64,000 nucleotides of DNA from positions 48,971 through 112,970 of the forward strand of contig CAYPEK010000002.1 of the NCBI GenBank assembly GCA_964409645.1, written 5' to 3'. This document shows, one piece after another, positions 29,493 through 37,193 of this stretch; the stretch's first letter is position 1; the number at the start of each line of letters is the position of its first letter. The notes below the pieces were generated by a model. It ran no database searches and was not told where the DNA came from. It worked only from the letters and a program-made list of their open reading frames with translations. The position numbers and the translations under genes were made by a program. This DNA is from an uncultured bacterium (GTDB lineage Bacteria > UBP15 > UBA6099).

Positions 29493-29580
29493 TTAACCAC
29501 AAAGGCACTAAGACACAAAAGAAAAGAAGGGGGCGCGCTCTGACGTACGCGGCAAATCAAGAACAAAAAGAGGAATATAA
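29493..29580 (+). repeat. Copy A of the GH-upstream element, about 90 nt, between the GH3 start and the cytochrome stop
   Basis: ACCACAAAGGCACTAAGACACAAAAGAAAAGAAGGGGGCGCGCTCTGACGTACGCGGCAAA aligns with copy B, covering the ACCACAAAGRCACNAAGRCACAAA core and the CGCTSNCTGACGYRCGCGGCAAA tail. Confidence 0.6.
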
Positions 29581-29625
29581 AATATTCGACGTGATAGGCG
29601 ACCGACTGTTCCGCCCGTGGCGCCG

Positions 29626-30786
29626 TCACTTTTTCGGATTGATTGCGCCGAATATCACAATTTTATTTCCGGAGTCCGGCTGAATCGCATACTGCGACCA
29701 GTTGACGTCCATGGTTCCGTTGGGCAAGGGGTTGACCCTGATAGCCACAACTGCTTTGACGCAATAATCGGAGTTCTTCTCGTAGCTCCTGCTGAACCTA
29801 TATTTTTCCGGGGCTTTTTGGGAACATTCTTCAGTGGCCTTGCTCGAAACGTCCGGCGGACCGGGATTTTTCATCTGCGGCGCAACGACTCTGAACGGGC
29901 CCGCTCCCACAAGTCTTCCGTTTTCGTCGATCTTCGCGGGCGCGTACGGCTCTCCGTTTATCTCGAAAGTCAAAAGCACATTCGCGTCGGGAAGGGGAAC
30001 CCCGTCCTTAATTTTTTTCGAATTGTATCGCACCCATCCGCATTCGCCGAATGTCTCCTTGTCAAAACCTAACACCGGCGCGGCCTGTTTGTAGGAGCGC
30101 TGCAGTTGCGCTATAGAGAAAGATGCCTCATATCCGTCTATGCTGATGACGTCGATACTCTGGGCGGAATCCGAAATCCCAGCCGCTTTGAGCACATCCG
30201 CAAGCATGAATCCGCGCAGGTCGGAATAGCTGTCACCGTCCTTGGATTTCGTAACATTCACAAAGATTGTCTGGTCGAGCACGGGCAGTTTTTTGTCGAT
30301 AAGATCGTTCAGCGAAAAAACGGCAAAAGGTGCGGGCTTCATGTCGGGCGAACTGTTCGGGTCGCCGGGATTTGTGCCGGCCTTCAGTTCGGCGGAGTTC
30401 GACCATTTGTCTCCGTCCGAGTCGAGTTCGCCGATCGCATCGAACGCGGCGGCGTTGCGGCCCGCCTTCATGTAGTCGTGACCGAATGCGTTGATCGAAT
30501 CGCCTGTTTTGCGTCCGTAGTCGGTCACGATGTGGCAAGAATCGCAACTACTCAAAAAAACGGCTTTTCCGTCCTTTTCGCCCTGAGGCGACGCGGTTAT
30601 TCTGACGTGGCAGGCGTCGCAGCCGTCGAGGTTCGTTCCGCGCAAATGCTGGAACGTGCTCATGAACAACCCGGAATCCTTTTCCGTATGAGTGCTGTAA
30701 GCGGCGATCACTGCCATCGCGGGCAGCAACAAAACCGCCGCCGTAACCGTAACAATCTTAGTGCTTATCCGGAATTTTATTTTCAT
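29626..30786 (-). CDS. Putative diheme c-type cytochrome fused to a sulfite-oxidase-fold (Oxidored_molyb-like) domain, membrane-anchored
   Basis: Two CxxCH motifs (GCDACH and SCDSCH). An acidic DSDGDKWSN calcium-loop-like segment. The C-terminal DGYEASFS...LLTFEINGEPYAPA...GPFRVVAP resembles the molybdopterin-oxidoreductase fold, but the Mo-ligand Cys is not evident. Start at MKIKFRIS (30786), after AGGGAG. Confidence 0.5.
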   Translation of the reverse strand: MKIKFRISTKIVTVTAAVLLLPAMAVIAAYSTHTEKDSGLFMSTFQHLRGTNLDGCDACHVRITASPQGEKDGKAVFLSSCDSCHIVTDYGRKTGDSINAFGHDYMKAGRNAAAFDAIGELDSDGDKWSNSAELKAGTNPGDPNSSPDMKPAPFAVFSLNDLIDKKLPVLDQTIFVNVTKSKDGDSYSDLRGFMLADVLKAAGISDSAQSIDVISIDGYEASFSIAQLQRSYKQAAPVLGFDKETFGECGWVRYNSKKIKDGVPLPDANVLLTFEINGEPYAPAKIDENGRLVGAGPFRVVAPQMKNPGPPDVSSKATEECSQKAPEKYRFSRSYEKNSDYCVKAVVAIRVNPLPNGTMDVNWSQYAIQPDSGNKIVIFGAINPKK

Positions 30787-30915
30787 ACCATATCTCCCTA
30801 TGTGCGACCGTGTCAGATATGCTCGATCAGACATATCGCGTCGGTAGTATTATATTCGACATCCACACTTTTTGAATGGTATGCAGGAAAACGCAGCGAC
30901 CCCGGCGACGCAGGC

Positions 30916-33186
30916 TTATCTGGCGGAATCAGGTATGCCGCTGGAACCCCAATTCTCTGGCTTGTCGCTCATCGTGAATGTGAGTGTGCCTCCCGCCGTG
31001 ATTTCCTTGTGGAAAATGTAAGGGCGGTCGAACGGTTTGCCGTTTAGCGTCGCGGACTTGATGTAAATGTCTTTGGGTGACGACGCGATTTTTTTGATCG
31101 TGAACGATTTGCCACCCGCGAACTTGATTGTCGCCGAATCGAAAAGCGGAGTGCCTATCACGTAATAAGTGTTCGGCGGCATCGGGAATATGCCGAGAGC
31201 GGAGAAAACGTACCACGACGACAACGTGCCGCCGTCATCGTTGCCGTACAATCCGTCCTCTTTGTCGCTGTAGAATTTTTTTCTCGCGAGAGAGACTTCC
31301 TCCTGAGTGCGCGACGGTGCGCCGGCCCAGTTGAACAGGTAGATTGCGTGCAGGTCGGTTTCGTTGCCGGCGGCGTAATACTTGGCTGGCATGAGGCCTT
31401 TTCGTTCCTTGCGGGATTTTATGAAGAATTCGTCGAGTTTGGCGTAGAACTTGTCGCGGCCGCCCATCATCGACATCAGCCCGTTGACGTCGTGGGGCAC
31501 ATACCAGAGCCATTCCCACGCGTCGCCTTCGGTGTACGCTTTCTCCCATATCACGGGGTTGAGCCTTTCGACGAATTTTCCGTCGGAGTAGCGGCCCATG
31601 AAGAACCCTTTTTCCGGATTCCAGACGTTGAGGTAATTCTTCGAGCGTTTCAGGAACACACCGGCGTCGGCTTTCTTTCCGATCGCTTCGGCGAGGCGCG
31701 CAAGTCCGTAGTCGGAGTATGCGTATTCCAGCGTGTCCGACGCCGTGCTGTCGCGGCTGTCCGCGGGCAGATAGCCGTACTTCAGATAATCGGTTATTCC
31801 GCCGCGGCCGCTTACTATCGAGCCGGGCGGGAATTCAGTTGTCGCAGTCTTCACGAGCCCTTTATAAGCGTCGTCGATGTCAAACCCGCTGATGCCTTTC
31901 AGATATGAATCGGTGATCACGATGTCGAGCGGGGTGCCGACCATGCAGCCCGCCTCGACCGACGCAAGCGGCCAGCGTGGGAATCCGCCGCCGGTGTGGT
32001 ACATGCTGATCAGCGACTTAATCATGTCGAGCTGGCGTTCGGGCCAAACGAGGGTCATCAGCGGGTGATATGTGTGCATCGTGTCCCAGAGTGTGAAGTC
32101 GGAATAATAAGTGAACCCTTTTGCTTTGTGAACCTTTTTGTCGAGTCCGACGTAAGCGCCGCCGGCCTCGGACATCGTTGTGGGCATCTGCATAGCGCGG
32201 TAGGCGGCAGAGTAGAACGTGCGCTTTTCGCTTTCTGTTGCGCCTGTGACATCGAGGCGCGCGAGCTGTTCGCGCCACAGGTCGTGGGCTTTTTGTCGGT
32301 GCTGGTCGAACGTGAGTTTCGGATTGTCATGCGCCATGTTGAGGCGCGCCTGCTCGATGCTGATGAACGATATTGCAACGGAGAGTTCGACTGTCTTTCC
32401 GGCGGAGTCGGGGAAGGTTAGAATGGCGCCGCCGGTCACTCCCTGTGCGTCGTGTGCCGGTGTGATAGCTGCGCCGTCCGACCATGTGCCGTAGGTTTTG
32501 AACGGCTGGGCCGATTTTATAACGAAATATGTGTCGATGCCGCCGCCGCGGCCGGACAACGAGCCGTCGTAGTGGAACATCCCCGTGATCTCGCGTTTTG
32601 CGTCGTCTGTGTGCACGACCGTTTTCACCGGTTTGCCGCCTTGAATGTAATGGCTCGCGTCGATAACAACCTGCGTCGATGTGGCGGCGGCGGGGAATGT
32701 GTACCGGTGGTACGCCGTGTACATTCCGGCAGTAAGCTCGACCTTGATGCTGGTATCGGTGAGCACGACGGAGTAATAGCCCGGCTCGGCGGTTTCCATC
32801 TTATGTGAAAAGCTCGATCTGTAACCTTTTTCCTCGGAAAGAGTGTCCGGCGGATTGGTGGTGGGCATGAGAAGGATTGCGCCGTAGTCGGGAAAGCCCG
32901 TGCCTTCCATTCGCGTATGGCTGAACCCTCGTATGTGTGAATCGCGCGAGCGGTAGCCGGAACTGTGGTACTGGGCAAACACGCTGTTGCCGACGGATGT
33001 GTCCGGGCCGGGTTTAACCATTCCGAACGGCACTTGTGGACCGGGATAAGTGCAGCCTATGGCAAATCCTTCGCCTGCCGTACCTATGAATGGATCGACG
33101 TAGCTTGTGAAATCGGATTGAGCCGCAGTAGCGGCAGCGCCCGCGAGTATCATAGTCAGAGCAAACAAAATAATTCTCAACTTCAT
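30916..33186 (-). CDS. Secreted GH92 family alpha-mannosidase
   Basis: GH92 N-terminal signature YVDPFIGTAGEGFAIGCTYPGPQVPFGMVKPGPDT. Signal peptide. 756 aa. Confidence 0.9.
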   Translation of the reverse strand: MKLRIILFALTMILAGAAATAAQSDFTSYVDPFIGTAGEGFAIGCTYPGPQVPFGMVKPGPDTSVGNSVFAQYHSSGYRSRDSHIRGFSHTRMEGTGFPDYGAILLMPTTNPPDTLSEEKGYRSSFSHKMETAEPGYYSVVLTDTSIKVELTAGMYTAYHRYTFPAAATSTQVVIDASHYIQGGKPVKTVVHTDDAKREITGMFHYDGSLSGRGGGIDTYFVIKSAQPFKTYGTWSDGAAITPAHDAQGVTGGAILTFPDSAGKTVELSVAISFISIEQARLNMAHDNPKLTFDQHRQKAHDLWREQLARLDVTGATESEKRTFYSAAYRAMQMPTTMSEAGGAYVGLDKKVHKAKGFTYYSDFTLWDTMHTYHPLMTLVWPERQLDMIKSLISMYHTGGGFPRWPLASVEAGCMVGTPLDIVITDSYLKGISGFDIDDAYKGLVKTATTEFPPGSIVSGRGGITDYLKYGYLPADSRDSTASDTLEYAYSDYGLARLAEAIGKKADAGVFLKRSKNYLNVWNPEKGFFMGRYSDGKFVERLNPVIWEKAYTEGDAWEWLWYVPHDVNGLMSMMGGRDKFYAKLDEFFIKSRKERKGLMPAKYYAAGNETDLHAIYLFNWAGAPSRTQEEVSLARKKFYSDKEDGLYGNDDGGTLSSWYVFSALGIFPMPPNTYYVIGTPLFDSATIKFAGGKSFTIKKIASSPKDIYIKSATLNGKPFDRPYIFHKEITAGGTLTFTMSDKPENWGSSGIPDSAR

Positions 33187-33290
33187 TCTCGGCCCTCCGC
33201 CAATTTATAACTCGAATATCCTAACAGAAATCGCTGAAATTTGAACAAGAAATTAATAGGCAGAGTCGAGTGGAGAAAACGGATTTTGAA

Positions 33291-33380
33291 TACTCACCAC
33301 AAAGACACGAAGGCACAAAGGGACGAAAACGATGCTGCTCGCTGACGCGCGCGGCAAAGAAATTCAAAGATCGAATATCG
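33291..33380 (+). repeat. Copy B of the GH-upstream element, about 100 nt upstream of GH92
   Basis: TCACCACAAAGACACGAAGGCACAAAGGGACGAAAACGATGCTGCTCGCTGACGCGCGCGGCAAAGA. Confidence 0.6.
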
Positions 33381-33480
33381 AGCAAAGAATATCGAACATT
33401 GAATGAGAAGTCTGGAATGCGGTCAGCTTATGCTCGTCGTATTATTAATTAGCGGGCTCGCACCCACCGACTCTTTATAT

Positions 33481-33540
33481 GATTCACCACAAAGACACGA
33501 AGGCACAAAAAAAATACCCCCGCGCTCACGCGCGTTAAGA
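33481..33540 (+). repeat. Copy C (truncated) of the GH-upstream element, about 300 nt upstream of GH92
   Basis: GATTCACCACAAAGACACGAAGGCACAAAAAAAATACCCCCGCGCTCACGCGCG. The 5' core is identical to copy B; the 3' tail has diverged. Confidence 0.55.
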
Positions 33541-33716
33541 GCTTTCCATGTTACTAGGAGCGCGGGCATCTTGCCCGCAATTTTTGTGTGTCGTAATTTC
33601 CATCTGCTGGCCACACCACTTTTTATTTTATATAGTAGGGCAGGGTCGCCGCACCCCGCCGACTCTTTTTAGGGCCGTCAGCTTACGGCTTGCCCATAAC
33701 GACATTGTTTTTATCT

Positions 33717-33744
33717 CATGCACAAAAGAAAACTTTTGTGCATG
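33717..33744. repeat. Perfect 28-bp inverted repeat CATGCACAAAAG-AAAA-CTTTTGTGCATG
   Basis: 12-bp arms with a 4-nt spacer, read from the sequence. No U-tract on either side, so it is not a canonical terminator. Confidence 0.5.
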
Positions 33745-33837
33745 GCACGCGATGGCACTTTAGATTCAACGGATGTTAACAACGACGGCGATATCTCAGT
33801 TCTCGACATTGATTATGTCGTACAGACGTACACTTGA
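33742..33837 (+). pseudogene. 31-codon ORF with a dockerin/EF-hand-like Ca-binding loop; possible gene remnant
   Basis: Translation MARDGTLDSTDVNNDGDISVLDIDYVVQTYT* matches the DxNxDGxIxxxD loop of dockerin type I repeats. It is too short to be a domain and has no upstream coding continuation. Confidence 0.25.
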
Positions 33838-33915
33838 TTGATGCAGTTATTGTTTCTAACCCGAAAAGTGGTATTGCTAAGGATTAAGTAAGTATGGTAT
33901 TCATAAAATTTAAAG

Positions 33916-35019
33916 TCACACGGTTCCCTGATAGGCTTTTTCATTATAAGTAATTATATAATAGAGCGTATCAATAAGGATAAATAACTTAATCGAGCTT
34001 TCTTCCGTATAAATTGATGGATCATATTTGCCATGAGTAACAACATGGCGATTGGGGAAAGTTAAATTAATACCACCAAGCCATTCATTGAATGTTTCAA
34101 GAAGCGGGCCACTGATAATAAAGTCAGCTGTCGAAATATTGATTCTATTATCTATGTATCTTACAGCTTGGGCGGTTTTATTTTTGAATAGTTTTGTTTT
34201 AGATTCTTGTTTCCAAGGTATTATCTCTTCGGGATATTTTGCATATAGCCAATCTGTAATGATACCTTCTATTTGTGGCAAAATAGTGTTGATGCTCAAT
34301 GTGAATTTCTTAATTTTATGCGCATATATAGCATCAATTAAGATTTGTTTACGCTTATTGAATATTTCATTGTCGAACCAAGTCGATGATAATTGTTCGA
34401 TAAAATCACTCGTGCAATATTCTACAAAAATACGGCGTGCATTTGTTGTGTCATTAATTGACAACAGATATGCAATTTCACTTAATGGATACGGAAGAAG
34501 AGAAGGCGCAGCCCATAATCCTATTTTTGAAAATTGAGGAGCGAGACTATCATGTAGATACATGGTTTTTTCTTTCAAAATATATTGCAAATGATTTGCA
34601 ATAATCTTACCAATAGGCCAGTTCTCAACATCGTCTTGATCCGATAGAGTTGTGAAATTTGGAGTAGTATCAAATACGACGTTATATTGATATCCATTCC
34701 AATATACGAATATAAAAGCAACGCGTTCTTCGTTGACTAATGGAGGTTTAACCTGAACAATATCTATGATTTCATGTACATATATAGGTTTTCCTACTTC
34801 TAAAGGCAATTTCTCTGGTTTCTTAATTAACGCATTCCAACCAATCTCATCATTGAATTCAATTATTGGAGCAGTGCCTTTAGGTAATCTAATCAAACAT
34901 TGTAATAGCTTAAAATTATCAGGAAGAATATTTTCTCTTTTGCGGCGTTCCAATTCAGGGTTAATCCAAATATCTGCTATTTGTTGAGAAAATGTTACTT
35001 GTGTTTCTTGTTCATCCAT
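33916..35019 (-). CDS. Orphan hypothetical protein on a low-GC islet (about 33-36% GC against about 58% in the flanks)
   Basis: 367 aa from MDEQETQ, rich in I, N, K and Y, with no recognised motif. The compositional contrast with the surroundings is plain on reading 33880-35200. Confidence 0.55.
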   Translation of the reverse strand: MDEQETQVTFSQQIADIWINPELERRKRENILPDNFKLLQCLIRLPKGTAPIIEFNDEIGWNALIKKPEKLPLEVGKPIYVHEIIDIVQVKPPLVNEERVAFIFVYWNGYQYNVVFDTTPNFTTLSDQDDVENWPIGKIIANHLQYILKEKTMYLHDSLAPQFSKIGLWAAPSLLPYPLSEIAYLLSINDTTNARRIFVEYCTSDFIEQLSSTWFDNEIFNKRKQILIDAIYAHKIKKFTLSINTILPQIEGIITDWLYAKYPEEIIPWKQESKTKLFKNKTAQAVRYIDNRINISTADFIISGPLLETFNEWLGGINLTFPNRHVVTHGKYDPSIYTEESSIKLFILIDTLYYIITYNEKAYQGTV

Positions 35020-35263
35020 ATTTAGATCGTAATGAAAAATTAGATAATTTACTAACAAAATAACCAATAATTATAAATAAATCAAATTATATAATAATAC
35101 TAATCAATGAAGCCATCGCAACTGCGAGTATCACATATGTCGAAAAGATTTGCTAAAACCTCGCGCTTGATAGTGCGAGTGTTTAAAAACAGATATTTTC
35201 GCCATAAAAAATACGATTTGTCTTATCAAGGCAACTCTATAGCGGCCCGCGTTCGCTTGACTA

Positions 35264-37012
35264 TTACTTGATCTCTATGCTTGGGAGCACGAGGGCTGAG
35301 CCGTCGGCGCCGCCGACGTGAACCGAATTGTCAACGATTTCATATTTGATGCCGTCGTGCACAGGCGTTTTTTCGTCTCCGCCCTTTACCGCTTTGTATT
35401 CAGCATCGAGCAGATCGTGCGGGAACGCCACTTCCGTGCAGGTGTTTGTGCTGACCGAGAAGCGCGGGTGGTTCGAGCTCGAAACGGCGAGCCGCAGCTT
35501 GTGGCCCTTGTTGAATGTATAGGCAAAGTCGCCCGTGTAAATCCTTATTTTCATCTTTTCATTTTTTACAGCCGGGAGCATTTTTCCGCTTTCAACATCG
35601 CGGAAACTCACCCTCGCGATGCCGTCGTTGATGAGCATCGAGCGCCCGTCGGGATACACGTCCGTGAGCTTGGCTGTGAAGTCGGTGTCGCAGCCGGTTG
35701 TGGAGACGGTGAGGTCGGCGTAGATCGGGCCGGCGAAGGCGTACGGCTCCTCGAACACTTTGGTTTCGAAAAGCAGGACGTCCGGGCGGTTTTCTATGCT
35801 GCGCTGATCCATCGATCCGTCGGTGTTGATAGTGAGGTTGCCGCCGCCGAGTGTTGTAACCGGGTTGGCGGGGTCGAATTTGTATGTGAAAGTTTTTGTG
35901 TCATTCGCTGGGCCGGAGGCATCGAGTTGCCCGGCGGGTGTTAGATACCACTTCTGAGGCTTTACATCCGCGGGCGGCCAAGTCGCGCTTTTAGTCCATT
36001 TGTTCCAGCGCGAGTCCATCTTATCGACGTCGCCGACCATGTAATACATCACCGGCAATTCTTCCGGTTTGAGCTTGCCGTTCTCGCACCTGCCCACCCA
36101 GCTCAATATGTTCTGAATCATCGGGATGATGCCGGCGTTCGGCGGGAAGTTGAGTTCTCCCTGAAGCGATTTCGCTTCGCCGCCGTGTGTCCACGGGCCG
36201 AGTATGAGGCGCTGCATCCCGCGCGCGCCGTCGCCGCCTTTTTCCTGCAGGCTGTGATACGCGTCGATTGTGCCCTGTGTGAAAATGTCGTACCAGCCGC
36301 CTACGTGCAGCATCGGCACATGAACCTTGTCGGCGTTGTATGAGAGATCGAATTTTCTGACGAAGTCGTCGTAGAAGGGGTGGTCGGTCATGACATTGAG
36401 AGTGTCGGACTTGTAGCCGGTGCCGACGGCCCATCCGATTGCGAGGTCCTTGCGCAGTTCGCCGCCCCAGAGGATCGCCTCCGACTGGAGGTTGGCGGGT
36501 GCCACGGCGGCAAGCTCGCATTTCAGGTGCGGCGGGTTCGCGATCGCTGCCTGATATCCGGCGATCGCAAGCGCGGAAGCGCCGAGGATCGTCACGCGGC
36601 CGTCGCTCCACGGCTGCTGTGCGATCCATTCCACGGTGTCGTATCCGTCGTTCTGGTCGTAAAGGAAGGGGATGTCTTCGCCTTCGGAGTCGTAGCGGCC
36701 TCGCATGTCCTGCGACACGATTATGTATTTGTTGCCGATGAACGTTCTGAACATGCTCAACGCGCCCCCGAATTTCCGGGTGTACGGGCTGCGCAGAAGG
36801 AGCACCGGCATTTTATCGGCTGCTTTCGTCGGAATGTTCACATCCGTCGCGAGTTTCACACCGTCTCGCATTGGCACCATGTACGTCTGGGTTTTGTCCG
36901 GCGCGGCCTGTTTATTCTTCTTATCGCCTTTTGCTTCGGCGCACGACATGGCGCCAAGAAGAGCGACGATGATTAAACAAATGACCGTTTTTGTGTTTCG
37001 TGATTCAAACAT
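35264..37012 (-). CDS. Secreted CocE/NonD family hydrolase (S15 X-Pro dipeptidyl-peptidase-like)
   Basis: MRDGVKLATDVNIP...PVLLLRSPYTRK matches the CocE/NonD N-terminal signature. A C-terminal beta-sandwich domain follows. Start at MFESRNTK (37012), after GGAGG, followed by a signal peptide. Confidence 0.8.
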   Translation of the reverse strand: MFESRNTKTVICLIIVALLGAMSCAEAKGDKKNKQAAPDKTQTYMVPMRDGVKLATDVNIPTKAADKMPVLLLRSPYTRKFGGALSMFRTFIGNKYIIVSQDMRGRYDSEGEDIPFLYDQNDGYDTVEWIAQQPWSDGRVTILGASALAIAGYQAAIANPPHLKCELAAVAPANLQSEAILWGGELRKDLAIGWAVGTGYKSDTLNVMTDHPFYDDFVRKFDLSYNADKVHVPMLHVGGWYDIFTQGTIDAYHSLQEKGGDGARGMQRLILGPWTHGGEAKSLQGELNFPPNAGIIPMIQNILSWVGRCENGKLKPEELPVMYYMVGDVDKMDSRWNKWTKSATWPPADVKPQKWYLTPAGQLDASGPANDTKTFTYKFDPANPVTTLGGGNLTINTDGSMDQRSIENRPDVLLFETKVFEEPYAFAGPIYADLTVSTTGCDTDFTAKLTDVYPDGRSMLINDGIARVSFRDVESGKMLPAVKNEKMKIRIYTGDFAYTFNKGHKLRLAVSSSNHPRFSVSTNTCTEVAFPHDLLDAEYKAVKGGDEKTPVHDGIKYEIVDNSVHVGGADGSALVLPSIEIK

Positions 37013-37193
37013 TCCCCGTAACCTCCAACCCAGTCGTCCAGCATTGAACCAGAATTGTAACCGCTCAAGCCATATAAGACTATTGTTTTTTTTCAAAAAA
37101 TCTTACACTCGTCCGGGTGGCTTTGATGACGGCCGTGCGGGTGCGGCGCATCGAAAGGAGAGTCATGTGCCCCGAATTGCGGCGGCAACCGGT

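Noticed and set aside
33270-33672. Small ORFs (60-89 aa) across the repeated intergenic element, sharing the peptide SPQRHEGTK
   Set aside because: The shared peptide is simply a consequence of the duplicated DNA element. There is no ribosome-binding site and the composition is poor. I treated the region as non-coding.
33717-33744. The 28-bp hairpin as a rho-independent terminator
   Set aside because: There is no U-tract following the hairpin in either transcript orientation.
33880-35200. Transposase, integrase or target-site duplication flanking the low-GC islet
   Set aside because: None was found by reading. The islet is reported as a compositional anomaly only and not as a defined mobile element.
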